From: Pseudomonadota bacterium
GTDB lineage: Bacteria; Myxococcota; JACRCW01; JAFGSX01
NCBI GenBank assembly: GCA_043821645.1
Contig: JBDRCO010000046.1
Location: 1 to 64,000, forward strand
DNA: 64,000 bases
Direction: 5' to 3'
This document shows positions 27,951 through 37,594 of the stretch, piece by piece. The position numbers and the translations under genes are program-made. The notes beneath the pieces were generated by a model. It made no database searches and was not told the DNA's origin. It worked only from the letters and a program-made list of their open reading frames with translations. Position 1 is the stretch's first letter, and every line of letters begins with the position of its first letter.

Positions 27951-29461
27951 GTGGTGGCCTCGAACAGGGCCACCGGGCGCGAGCGACGGGCGCCGAGGTC
28001 GGCGGCCAGCTGCTTGCGAAAGCGCAGGTGGCGCCGGCGGCTGAGCTCGACCAGGGGCGCCCACACGCGATGCACCAGGCGCTGTCGGATGAGCCGGGGC
28101 CACAGCCAGTTGGCCTTCTTGTACAGAAAGGACATGCCCAGGTAGGTGGGCAGAGCCGAGAGCTGCGCGGGTCGGCGGCGCCAGATCGAGGCCAGCGAGA
28201 AGGTTTTTCGATACAGCCTGGCGTAGCCGGCCTCGAGCTGCTCGGGCGTCATGCGCGCGGGCTGGAACACGCAGTGACCCGTGTCGTACAGGTCCCAGTC
28301 GCGGTGCAGCAGCCGGCCCTCGGCGGCCAGGCGCTCGAACAGAGGCGTCCCCGGGTACGGGGTCAGGATGTGGTAGGTGGCGCACTCCAGGCCCACGGCG
28401 TCGACCCAGGCGGCGAGGCGGTCAAAGACCTCGGGCCCGTCGTGGTCAAAGCCGAGCACGAAGCTGCCGTTGACCTGAATGCCGTAGCCCTGAAACAGGG
28501 CGATGCGGCGAGCGTAGTCGTCAGCGCGCGGGCTCTTCTTGCCGGCGCGGGCCAGGTTGTCGTCGTCCAGGCTCTCGAAGCCGATGAATACTCCCGTGCA
28601 GCCGCTCATGGCCATCTCGCGCACCAGCTCCTCGTCGTCGCTGACGTCCAGCGACACCGCGGCGCTCCAGATCACGCCCAGGGGTTCGAGAGCCTGGCAC
28701 AGGGCGCGCAGGTAGCTCTTCTTGCTGCCCAGGTTGTTGTCGATGAACACGCCGTAGGGGTGTTTTCCGTCGACGAACTGCTGCACGACCTTGTCGATGG
28801 CCAGGGTCTGATACTTCTGGCGTGGTCCGGTACTCAGCAGACAAAAGTCGCAGCGGTGGTGGCAGCCGCGGCTGGCCACGAGCGACAGCGGCGTCAAGAA
28901 GGCCCAGGGCGGCAGCTTGGAGCGATCGGGCAGAGGTTCGTCGTCGTAGCAGGTGTACGCGCCCAGGTAGCGCGGTCGCAACGTACCCTCGTCGACGTCG
29001 TGCAAGATTTTTGGCCAGGTGATGGCTCCGTTGCCCACGGCCACGGCGTCGGCGTGAATCTGCATCTCGTCCGCGCAGGCCAGGGCGTGCAGGCCACCCA
29101 GCACCACGATGCTGCCGCGGGCCCGGAACCAGGCTGCGAGCGCGTAGGCGCGGCGGGCAAAGGTCAGGTGCACGGTGATGCCCACCACCTGGGGCACGTC
29201 GTTGACGGGGACGGGTCCCTGCAGCAGGTTCTCGTCCCACACCCTGACCTGCCAGTTCTCGGGCGTGGCGCCGCACAGGGCACTCAGGGTCAGAGCCGGG
29301 GTGAGCACGTGCTTGCCGAAGCTGGTGCGCGGGTCCTTCGGGTAAAAGGGCGCCACCAGCAGGGCGGTGCGTGGCACGGGGGTGCCCCGAACGGCAGCTG
29401 GCAGAGCCGGGGCCTGCAGCATGTCGACGGGGGCGCGGCGCGGGGCGAGGGCGGTGGTCAT
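27947..29461 (-). CDS. Cobalamin-binding radical SAM protein
   Basis: VVLGGLH B12-domain motif; ASRGCHHRCDFC; FIDNN, IGFES, LTPYPGT; GGGAGG RBS before MTTALAP. Confidence 0.92.
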   Translation of the reverse strand: MTTALAPRRAPVDMLQAPALPAAVRGTPVPRTALLVAPFYPKDPRTSFGKHVLTPALTLSALCGATPENWQVRVWDENLLQGPVPVNDVPQVVGITVHLTFARRAYALAAWFRARGSIVVLGGLHALACADEMQIHADAVAVGNGAITWPKILHDVDEGTLRPRYLGAYTCYDDEPLPDRSKLPPWAFLTPLSLVASRGCHHRCDFCLLSTGPRQKYQTLAIDKVVQQFVDGKHPYGVFIDNNLGSKKSYLRALCQALEPLGVIWSAAVSLDVSDDEELVREMAMSGCTGVFIGFESLDDDNLARAGKKSPRADDYARRIALFQGYGIQVNGSFVLGFDHDGPEVFDRLAAWVDAVGLECATYHILTPYPGTPLFERLAAEGRLLHRDWDLYDTGHCVFQPARMTPEQLEAGYARLYRKTFSLASIWRRRPAQLSALPTYLGMSFLYKKANWLWPRLIRQRLVHRVWAPLVELSRRRHLRFRKQLAADLGARRSRPVALFEATT

Positions 29462-29695
29462 GGGATCCTCCCTGGTGCTGAGACCAGGGTAGGGCAAGGC
29501 GCCCCCTCGACGGGGCGCGCTCCGCGCCAGCGGCCAGGACTTGTGGACGAGCGGTCGCCAGGGCGCCCCGAACGGTCGACAGCGCTGGGCGCCGGCCACT
29601 TGGGTGCCACCGGCGCGGAGCTGGGTGATAACCTGGGGCCAAGCCTCGGTAACGAAGCGTGGGCGCGCGCGGCAGCGCACGCAGGAGGGTGTCAC

Positions 29696-32600
29696 ATGCG
29701 TCGAGTGGACGGGAGTGTGCAGGATGCGCGCCGGGCGTGTGCGCTGGTGCTGATCGCCGTGGGCTGGGCCGGTTGCGAGCCCGCGGACACGAGTTCGGAT
29801 GACACCGGCGGCCATGTCACGGTCGACGCCGGCCGGGTTGACGCCAGCACGCTGGACGCGGTGGTCGGGGATCGCGGAGGCCAGGATGCCGCTGCGAACG
29901 ACAGCGCCGTGCCGGATGGTGCGCCCGCGGATGCTGCGACGGACGCCGCGATGCCCGACGCGGCCGGCCCAGACACCTTCAACGCGCCGCCCGTCGCTGC
30001 CATCGTCGAGCCGGCCAGCGGTGCCCGCTTCCACATCGGCGAGACCGCCAGCTTTCAGGCCAGCTGCGCCGACGCGGACAACGACCTGCCGCTGACCCAC
30101 GCCTGGGACTTCGGTGACGGCCAGACCAGCGTCGAGGCCGAGCCCCAGCACGCCTTCGCCGCCACCGGTCGCTTCGAGGTGAGCTACCAGTGCAGCGACG
30201 TCCGCGGCGCATCGTCGGCACCCGTCACGCGCAGCGTGCAGGTGACCAACGCCGCGCCGACCATCACCTGGATCGACCCCTCGGACGGCGCCGTGCTGCT
30301 CACCGGCACCGAACTCACTCTCGCCGTCGAATGCAGCGACGCCGACGACCCCGGGTCGCCGGGCGTCGAGTGGACGCTGGATGGGCAGCTGGTGGCCGGC
30401 AGCGGCGCGACGCGTCACCTGCCGCTGGTGTCCGCGACCACCCACCACATCGCGGTGCACTGCAGCGATCCCTGGGGCCTCACGGACAGCGCCCAGCGCA
30501 CCGTGCAGGTCGAGGACCCGCCGGTCGCGCTCTACCTTTCGACCGAGAACCAGGTCGAGTACAAGCAGGTGCTGTGGGCGGCGGCGCCGGGCAGCCCGGT
30601 CGTGCTCAACCAGGCCCTGTTCGCGCCGGGAGGGCGGGTCGAGAACTTCGTGCTGGCCGCCGGTGACGTGTTCTACGTCGCCGACCACAGCATCCAGGGT
30701 CGGCAGCAGCTGTTTTGCGCCAACCTCGCCGATCCCAGCAGCCCGGACGTCGTCAGCGCCCCCGCCCGGCAGGGCAGCGTGGTCAACCTGCTGGCCAGCC
30801 CGGACGACCGAGGCTTCGCCTACCGCGTGCAGCAGAACGTCGCCAATCAGTGGGAGCTGTACTGGGTCGACGCCACGCAGGTCCCGCCCACGCCCCGCGT
30901 CCTCAACCCGCCCCTGGCTGCGGACGAGAGCGTGTTTGGCTACCAGTTCTCGAGCACCGGGCGCTACCTGGTCTTCTGGACCCACGCCGCAGCCTTCGAT
31001 ATCTACCTCGTCGACCTGCACAGCGGAGGCGCCGCCGTGCGCGTGCTGGACGACGTCGGCTTGCTCGTGCCCCCCGCGGCCTTCTCGACGGACGACGCCT
31101 ACGCCGCGGTGGGGAGCACCCAGGACGGCCTGGTGCTCGAGCTGGCCACCTTGGAGCAGGCGACACCGAACCAGGCCACCTTCTACAGCAACACGCGCGC
31201 CTACCTTTCGGGTTTCGCCTTCGTCGGTGGTCAGCCACTGCTCGCCTACGTGGCACGCACCGGCACCATCCCGACCCTGCGCGTGGTTGATGCTGCCGCG
31301 GCCCTGGCCGCGTCCAGCGAGCTCAATGTCGAGGTCTTCAGCGCCGCTTCCGTCGCACAGTCGGGCGGCGACCTGCCGCTGCGCGTGTGCGGCGACGAGG
31401 TGGTGTTCTCGGCCAAGGTCAACACGAGGTTCGAGCAGCTGTATCGTGTGAATCTGACGGCCTGGGTCGCGGCTTACCGTGCCAGCCCGGGCAGCCAGAC
31501 CGCGCCGGTCCAGCTCAACCCCACCTACACGGGCAGCGAGACCTCCTACCTGCGGCTCTCGGCCTGGAAGCCTGACTGCTCGGGCATCGCCTACATCGCC
31601 AAGATCGACCACGACGCGGAGCCGACCACGCCCGAGCAGGAGACGCTGCTGTTCGTCGACTGGCCGCACGCCGGCGCGCCCACCCGCGTCTCGGACAGCG
31701 GCAGCTTCGTCACCGGCGGCGCCTACCCCGACCTCGCCTTCGCGCCCGACGGGCAGACGCTGATGTGGGGTGTGTCCGATGGGCCCCGGCGCGCCTGGGT
31801 GAGCCCCGTCGACACGCCGGCCCCGACCCTGGTGGCGGCGACCCTGGATGGCGCGATCGATGAGGCGCTGTGGCTGGACAGCCACACGCTGCTGCTGTCG
31901 GTCACCGCGGGTGCAGATGCGGGCCTCTTCCGCTGGGACCGCGATGCCCCCTCGACGCCGACCCGGGTCTCACCCGACGTGGCGGACCTCGCATCCTGGT
32001 CGCTCACCGTCGACGCCAGCACCGTCGTCTACCGCCGCGACTACAGCGCCACCGCGCGCCAGCTCAACCGGGTCGCGCTGGCCACGCCGGGGGTCGAGGT
32101 CAAGATCAACGGCGATGGCACGGCCAATGGCGCCCAGGTGTACCGGGCCGCGCTGGCCAACGCGGGGCAGACCGTGATCTTCGCGGCCGTCAACGACAAC
32201 AACAGCCAGACCCAGCTGTACGCGGTCGAACCGGACGCGCCCGGCGTGGTCCAGCGGCTGTTCCCGTGGGATCCGGATCCGGCGGTGCTCACCACCTGGT
32301 CCTTCGAGGTCCTGCCGGCCACCAACCAGCTGCTGTACCGCGGCTACCAGGATGGCGCCTGGCTCCTGTTCCAGACCCCGCTGGACACCCTCGGACCGCC
32401 GGTTCAGGTCGACCTCGCGCCGGCCACGGCCGTGTTCGAGCTGCTGGCCACCTCCCCCAGCGGCGAGCACGTGCTGTTCCACGGCGTCAGCGGGAGCACC
32501 AGGCACCTGTACCTCAAGAGCCTGACCCGCAACGAGCCAGCGGTCGAGCTCAGCGCCGCGACGGTGGCCTCCTCGTACACACATCAGTTCTCGCCCTCGG

Positions 32601-33547
32601 GGCGCTACGTCGCCTTCGTCGCCAGCGGCAGCCCGGCCCGCGCCTTCCTCGCCGACACCGCGGACCTGGCCAGCGGCGCGGTCGCCCTCACCCCAGCCGC
32701 GCTGCCGGACCACCTGCCCCTCTCCATCGAGAACGGTACCCCGGTGTCGACCCAGGGGAGCCGCCAGGTCGTGTTCTCGCCGGACGAGGCCTGGGTGTAC
32801 CTCGCCTACGACGAGACCTACGCCGCGCACTTGAAGATCGTGCGCAAGCCACTGCCCGCGCTCGACGTCGAGACGGTGGTGAACGGGCCTGTCGTCGACG
32901 GGGACGCGATCGCCACCTGGGCGCTGAGCGGCGACGGTGGCCACGTCGTCTACCAAAAGCGCAGCTTCGATGGTCAGACCAGCACGGCGGACCGGCTCTA
33001 CGTCGTCGACGTGGACGCCAGCGTGGGCAGCGAGCGCTTGCTGGGCCCGGCCTTCCCGCATGGCTCGCCGGGCGTCCAGAGCTACCAGCTGCTGGGTGGC
33101 TTCGTGGCAATGCGCGCCACCGACGCCCCTCCCAGCGGGACCAACCTGCACCTCGCGGCTCTGGACGGCGCGACCCCGGCGTGGACCGTCAACGCCGCGC
33201 TGACCAGCGAGAACTATCTGGCGTTCCTGGGGGTCTCCACCATCGGCGCCGCCACCTACGTGGCCTACACCGCGCAGCAAGACGGGGACGCGGCAGCGCG
33301 TGTCTACATCGCGCGCCATGATGGCGAACAGGTGCGGCGGGTCGCCGTCAGCCCGGGTTCACCGGACAGCCCGCACGCCGCGGTCTCGGCCGACGGGCGC
33401 TGGCTGTGGTCGGTGCACGCCGCGGCTGGCATCAGCGATGGCCTGCATGTCACGGCGCTGTCCGATCCGGCGGCGGCGCGTCTGCGCATCGGCGGCGTGC
33501 CCATCGCCAGCGGCATGGCCGACCTGCCATCGGCCAGCCTGCCCTGA
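29696..33547 (+). CDS. Large lipoprotein with PKD domain(s) and TolB-like beta-propeller repeats
   Basis: AGGAGG RBS; lipobox WAGC; WDFGDG PKD motif; repeated SPDD/FSSTG/FAPDG/FSPSG/FSPDE blades. Confidence 0.8.
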   Translation: MRRVDGSVQDARRACALVLIAVGWAGCEPADTSSDDTGGHVTVDAGRVDASTLDAVVGDRGGQDAAANDSAVPDGAPADAATDAAMPDAAGPDTFNAPPVAAIVEPASGARFHIGETASFQASCADADNDLPLTHAWDFGDGQTSVEAEPQHAFAATGRFEVSYQCSDVRGASSAPVTRSVQVTNAAPTITWIDPSDGAVLLTGTELTLAVECSDADDPGSPGVEWTLDGQLVAGSGATRHLPLVSATTHHIAVHCSDPWGLTDSAQRTVQVEDPPVALYLSTENQVEYKQVLWAAAPGSPVVLNQALFAPGGRVENFVLAAGDVFYVADHSIQGRQQLFCANLADPSSPDVVSAPARQGSVVNLLASPDDRGFAYRVQQNVANQWELYWVDATQVPPTPRVLNPPLAADESVFGYQFSSTGRYLVFWTHAAAFDIYLVDLHSGGAAVRVLDDVGLLVPPAAFSTDDAYAAVGSTQDGLVLELATLEQATPNQATFYSNTRAYLSGFAFVGGQPLLAYVARTGTIPTLRVVDAAAALAASSELNVEVFSAASVAQSGGDLPLRVCGDEVVFSAKVNTRFEQLYRVNLTAWVAAYRASPGSQTAPVQLNPTYTGSETSYLRLSAWKPDCSGIAYIAKIDHDAEPTTPEQETLLFVDWPHAGAPTRVSDSGSFVTGGAYPDLAFAPDGQTLMWGVSDGPRRAWVSPVDTPAPTLVAATLDGAIDEALWLDSHTLLLSVTAGADAGLFRWDRDAPSTPTRVSPDVADLASWSLTVDASTVVYRRDYSATARQLNRVALATPGVEVKINGDGTANGAQVYRAALANAGQTVIFAAVNDNNSQTQLYAVEPDAPGVVQRLFPWDPDPAVLTTWSFEVLPATNQLLYRGYQDGAWLLFQTPLDTLGPPVQVDLAPATAVFELLATSPSGEHVLFHGVSGSTRHLYLKSLTRNEPAVELSAATVASSYTHQFSPSGRYVAFVASGSPARAFLADTADLASGAVALTPAALPDHLPLSIENGTPVSTQGSRQVVFSPDEAWVYLAYDETYAAHLKIVRKPLPALDVETVVNGPVVDGDAIATWALSGDGGHVVYQKRSFDGQTSTADRLYVVDVDASVGSERLLGPAFPHGSPGVQSYQLLGGFVAMRATDAPPSGTNLHLAALDGATPAWTVNAALTSENYLAFLGVSTIGAATYVAYTAQQDGDAAARVYIARHDGEQVRRVAVSPGSPDSPHAAVSADGRWLWSVHAAAGISDGLHVTALSDPAAARLRIGGVPIASGMADLPSASLP

Positions 33548-33590
33548 GCCGGGTGGCGTAGGTCGCCGTGCCCGGGCTGCGGGGTTCGAC

Positions 33591-34100
33591 TCAGCGGGAG
33601 TCGTCGCCGGGTGGGGTGTAGCGGACCTCGACGATGGTGAACAGGGTCTCGCCCTTGGGCCGCTTCACCTTGACCTCGTCGCCCTCTTCCTTGCGCAGCA
33701 GGGCGCGCGCCATGGGCGAGTTCATGCTGATGTAGCCGCGGTCGGCGTCGCTCTCGTCCGGGCCGACGATGCGGTAGGTGGCCTCGTTGCCGTCCTCGTC
33801 CTCGAGCGAGACCCAGGCGCCGAAGAAGACCCTGTCCTGCTGCCGGGGCACCTCGGTGACGACGGTGAGCTGGTCCAGGCGCTTGCTCAGCCAGCCCAGG
33901 CGGCGGTCGATCTCGCGCAGGCGTTTTTTGCCGTAGATGTACTCGGCGTTCTCGGAGCGATCGCCCTGGGCCGCGGCCTCGCCGACCTCGCGCGTGACCT
34001 TGGGGCGCTCGACTTTCCACAGGTACTCGGCCTCGCGCGCCAGCCTCTGGTGCCCCTCGGGGGTGATGTAGACGGTGCTCTTTTCGTCCAAGGGACTCAC
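33591..34100 (-). CDS. greB: Transcription elongation factor GreB
   Basis: YITPEG...LWKVERP...[26 protein letters not shown]...VFFGAWV...[15 protein letters not shown] overlaps the murA stop. Confidence 0.95.
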   Translation of the reverse strand: MSPLDEKSTVYITPEGHQRLAREAEYLWKVERPKVTREVGEAAAQGDRSENAEYIYGKKRLREIDRRLGWLSKRLDQLTVVTEVPRQQDRVFFGAWVSLEDEDGNEATYRIVGPDESDADRGYISMNSPMARALLRKEEGDEVKVKRPKGETLFTIVEVRYTPPGDDSR

Positions 34101-35386
34101 GCTTCGTCGGAGATGCGCTCGATGCGCGCGCCCAGTCCCACCAGGCGTTGCTCGATGGCTTCGTAGCCGCGGTCGATCTGCTCGACGTTGAGGATGCGGC
34201 TCTGGCCCTTGGCGGCGAGGGCGGCGATGAGCAGCGCCATGCCGGCGCGGATGTCGGGACTCGACAGGGTGGCTGCGGAGAGCGGTGACGGGCCAACCAC
34301 TACCGCGCGGTGTGGATCGCACAGCACGATGCGCGCACCCATCGAGATCAGCCTGTCGACGAAGAACAGGCGGCTTTCGAACAATTTTTCGTGGATGAGC
34401 ACGGTGCCGCTGGCCTGGGTCGCGGTGACCAGGGCGATGGACGTCAGATCCGCTGGAAAACCCGGCCACGGTGCGTCGTCGATCTTGGGGATGGCGCCAC
34501 CGAGGTCGGCCTGCACCTCCAGACGCTGGCCGCCGGGCACCAGCAGATCCTCTCCCTCGCGCACGGTTCGCACACCCAAGCGTCTGAAATCCATGAGTAT
34601 TTTACGCAGGTCCGTGCCGCCCACGCCGCGGATACGCAACTCACCGCCGGTGACTGCGGCCAGGCCCATGAAGGAGCCGATCTCGATGTGATCGGGACCG
34701 ATGCGGTGCTCGACCTCGCCGTGCAGCGCGCCACCTTGCACCCGCAGCACGTTGCTGCCCACGCCGTCGATGCGTGCGCCCATGGCCTGCAGCAGGTGAC
34801 ACAGACCCTGCACGTGGGGCTCGCAGGCCGCGTTGTAGATGATGGTCTCGCCCTCGGCGGCAGCCGCGGCCATGACCGCGTTCTCGGTCGCCATGACGCT
34901 GGCCTCGTCGAGGAAGATCTCGGCGCCCTTGAGCGGGCCGCGCACGCTGAGCACGTACTCGGCACCCACCTCGATGGTGGCACCGAGAGCGGACAGGGCG
35001 AGCAGGTGCGTGTCGACGCGGCGGCGTCCGATGCGATCGCCCCCCGGGCGCGGCAGGCGGATGTGACCGCGACGTGCCAGCAGCGGCGCTGCCAGCAGGA
35101 AGCTGGCGCGGATGCGTGCGCAGAGCTCGGGGTCGGGCTCCTGATCGCCGAGGCTTCGCGGGTCGATGCGGACCGTGTGGGGGTCGAGCCAGTCGACGTG
35201 CGCACCGAGCTTCTCGACGATGCTGATCTGCCAGCGCACATCGCCGATGCGAGGCAGGTTGCGCAGGGTGACCGGGCCCGAGGCGAGCAGGGTGGCGGCC
35301 ACCGCGGGCAAGGCCTCGTTCTTGTTGCCTGCGGGCACCACGGTGCCCTGGATGGGCGCGCCGCCCTCGACCACGAATTCGATCAC
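34097..35386 (-). CDS. murA: UDP-N-acetylglucosamine 1-carboxyvinyltransferase (Asp-type)
   Basis: [65 protein letters not shown] then GTG. Confidence 0.95.
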   Translation of the reverse strand: MIEFVVEGGAPIQGTVVPAGNKNEALPAVAATLLASGPVTLRNLPRIGDVRWQISIVEKLGAHVDWLDPHTVRIDPRSLGDQEPDPELCARIRASFLLAAPLLARRGHIRLPRPGGDRIGRRRVDTHLLALSALGATIEVGAEYVLSVRGPLKGAEIFLDEASVMATENAVMAAAAAEGETIIYNAACEPHVQGLCHLLQAMGARIDGVGSNVLRVQGGALHGEVEHRIGPDHIEIGSFMGLAAVTGGELRIRGVGGTDLRKILMDFRRLGVRTVREGEDLLVPGGQRLEVQADLGGAIPKIDDAPWPGFPADLTSIALVTATQASGTVLIHEKLFESRLFFVDRLISMGARIVLCDPHRAVVVGPSPLSAATLSSPDIRAGMALLIAALAAKGQSRILNVEQIDRGYEAIEQRLVGLGARIERISDEA

Positions 35387-35632
35387 GCTGTTGCTCCTTG
35401 CGTCAGGGCCGCTCCGTCGACGGCGAGCCGAACGTTTGCGCGTGCTGTGCACTGTAGCCAACCTGCGCCAGCGTGTCATCTAGGGGTCGCCGACTCGACC
35501 GGGCCAGCGGCCGGTCCCTGCCGGTCCTGCTCAGGGTCTTTTTCCTGGCGCGATCCTCTTCCCCTCGTCGTTGCGGCGGAGTAGCGTGCCCCCGCTTTTG
35601 TCGTCGCTGCGGCGGCGGCACGGAGAGCGAGA

Positions 35633-37594
35633 ATGTCCATGGACTACGCGCAGGTCGGTCTCAAGGTCGGGCTCGAGGTGCACCAGCAGCTGCTCACCGA
35701 GCGCAAGCTGTTTTGCCGCTGCCCGGCCGGACGCTACACCCGCACCCACGACGGCGAGGTGCTGCGCCACATGCGGCCCACCCTGAGCGAGCTGGGCAGC
35801 TACGACGGCACCGCGCTCATGGAGTTCAAGACCAAGAAGAACATCATCTACCTGCTGCACAAGGACAACGTCTGCACCTACGAGATGGACGACACGCCGC
35901 CCTTTCTGGTCAACCAGCAGGCCATCGACATCGCCATCGAGCAGTGCCTGATGCTGGGCTGCGACATCGTCGACGAGGTGCACATCGCCCGCAAGCAGTA
36001 CCTCGACGGCAGCATCCCCACCGGCTTCCAGCGCACCGCCATCGTCGGCGTCAACGGACGCTTGCCCTTCGCGGGTCGCGAGCTGTCCATCATCCAGGTC
36101 AGTGTCGAGGAGGACTCGTGTCGGGAGGTCGAGGATCGCGGCCACCTGATCGTGTGGCGCGCCGATCGCCTGGGCATGCCCCTCATCGAGACGGTGACCG
36201 GACCCGACCTGCGCACTCCTGACGAGGTGGCCGAGGCCATCCTGCTGGTGGGCCGGGTGTGCCGCTCCACCGGCCACGTGCGTGTGGGCCTGGGCGCCAG
36301 CCGCCAGGACGTCAATGTCTCCGTGACCGGCGGCACCCGCGTCGAGATCAAGGGTGTACCCAAGGCCTCGTGGGCACCACGGCTGGTGCACTGCGAGGCG
36401 GTGCGCCAGGTCAACCTGCTGGGCCTGCGCGATGAACTCGCGCAGCGTGGATTCAAGACCGAGGCCGACCTGCAGCTGCGCTCGGTGGACATCACCCAGC
36501 TCGTCGACGCCAGCGAGCTGACCATGCTGCATCGCGAGGAATGGGAACGCTGGGTCGAGACCAGCGGTCGGCGCGCCGGCTTCGAGCTGGGCCGGGGCGA
36601 CTACTGCGTGCGCGCGGTGCGCCTGGTTGGCCTGCAAGGCACCCTGAGCTGGCCCACCCAGCCCGACCGGACCTTTGCCAGCGAGCTGGCCGGGCGCATT
36701 CGCGTCATCGCGGGTCTCGACCAGCAGCCCGTGCTCATGCACAGCGAGAAGTGGCCCGAGCACCACGGCTCGGTCCGCCTGCTCAAGGAGATCCGGCGCC
36801 GCCTGCGCTGCGGTCCCCAGGACAGCATCGTGGTGGTGTGGGGACCCCACGACGACACCCTGAGCGCGGTCGAGGAGATTCGCCTGCGCTACATCGACGC
36901 CCTGGCCGGTGTGCCTGCCGAGACGCGTCAGCCCTTCGTCGACGGCAGCACGGACTTCGAGCGCATCCTGCCCGGCCCCGATCGCATGTACCCGGACACC
37001 GATAGCCCACCCACCCGGGTGCTGCGCGAGCGGGTCGAGGGTCTGCAGCGCGGTTTGCCCGAGCCTCCCTGGACGCGCGAGCAGCGCTACAGCGAGGCCA
37101 GGCTGCCGCTCCCCGTGCTGCGCTTTTTGATCCGGCGTGGGGGCGCGGCGCTGGTCGACGAGGTGGTGCGCGTCACCGGCGCGGACCTGCGCTGTGCGGG
37201 GCTGTTCTTCGGCGCCCAGCTCAAGGGGCTCGGGCGCAGCGGTGTCGACATCCCCAAGATACCGGTGGGGCGCTGGTGTGAGCTGTTCACCGCTTTTGCG
37301 GCGCAGCCCGTGCTGTGGCAGGCCTGGCAGCCCATGGTAAGGGCCCTGGCGGCCTTCACGGATGCCAGCGTCGACGATCTCATCGCGCGCCAGGGCCTGG
37401 GCACGGCACCCGAGGACTGGCACCAGCATGTTCAGCGAGGCGTCAAGCAGGCGCGGATCGAGAGCTACGATCCGGGTGATCGCGGCCGACTGCACCGCCT
37501 GGCCCTGGGGCGCTGCATGGATCTGCTGCGCGGGCGCGTCGACGCTCGCGAGGTGAGCGAGGCCGTGAAGGCCGCGATCGAGGTGAGCGCATGA
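35633..37594 (+). CDS. gatE: Glu-tRNA(Gln) amidotransferase subunit E
   Basis: DYAQVGLKVGLEVHQQL..RKLFCRCP; DGSIPTGFQRT; EEDSCR; DRLGMPLIE; RQDVNVS..GGTRVEIKGV; a long insertion (GAD-like) absent from GatB; GVPAETR...LPGPDRMYPDTD. Confidence 0.93.
   Translation: MSMDYAQVGLKVGLEVHQQLLTERKLFCRCPAGRYTRTHDGEVLRHMRPTLSELGSYDGTALMEFKTKKNIIYLLHKDNVCTYEMDDTPPFLVNQQAIDIAIEQCLMLGCDIVDEVHIARKQYLDGSIPTGFQRTAIVGVNGRLPFAGRELSIIQVSVEEDSCREVEDRGHLIVWRADRLGMPLIETVTGPDLRTPDEVAEAILLVGRVCRSTGHVRVGLGASRQDVNVSVTGGTRVEIKGVPKASWAPRLVHCEAVRQVNLLGLRDELAQRGFKTEADLQLRSVDITQLVDASELTMLHREEWERWVETSGRRAGFELGRGDYCVRAVRLVGLQGTLSWPTQPDRTFASELAGRIRVIAGLDQQPVLMHSEKWPEHHGSVRLLKEIRRRLRCGPQDSIVVVWGPHDDTLSAVEEIRLRYIDALAGVPAETRQPFVDGSTDFERILPGPDRMYPDTDSPPTRVLRERVEGLQRGLPEPPWTREQRYSEARLPLPVLRFLIRRGGAALVDEVVRVTGADLRCAGLFFGAQLKGLGRSGVDIPKIPVGRWCELFTAFAAQPVLWQAWQPMVRALAAFTDASVDDLIARQGLGTAPEDWHQHVQRGVKQARIESYDPGDRGRLHRLALGRCMDLLRGRVDAREVSEAVKAAIEVSA

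Noticed and set aside
22770-29461. RiPP cluster linking the Gly-rich peptide to the B12-radical SAM enzyme
   Set aside because: About 5 kb apart, on opposite strands, with unrelated genes between; no transporter, peptidase or RRE domain seen.
27947-33547. Giant overlapping ORFs (1312 aa and 1839 aa) suggesting fusions; likewise 42063-44030 and 42081-45347
   Set aside because: The N-terminal extensions are antisense to the divergent neighbour; internal starts with RBS explain the real genes.
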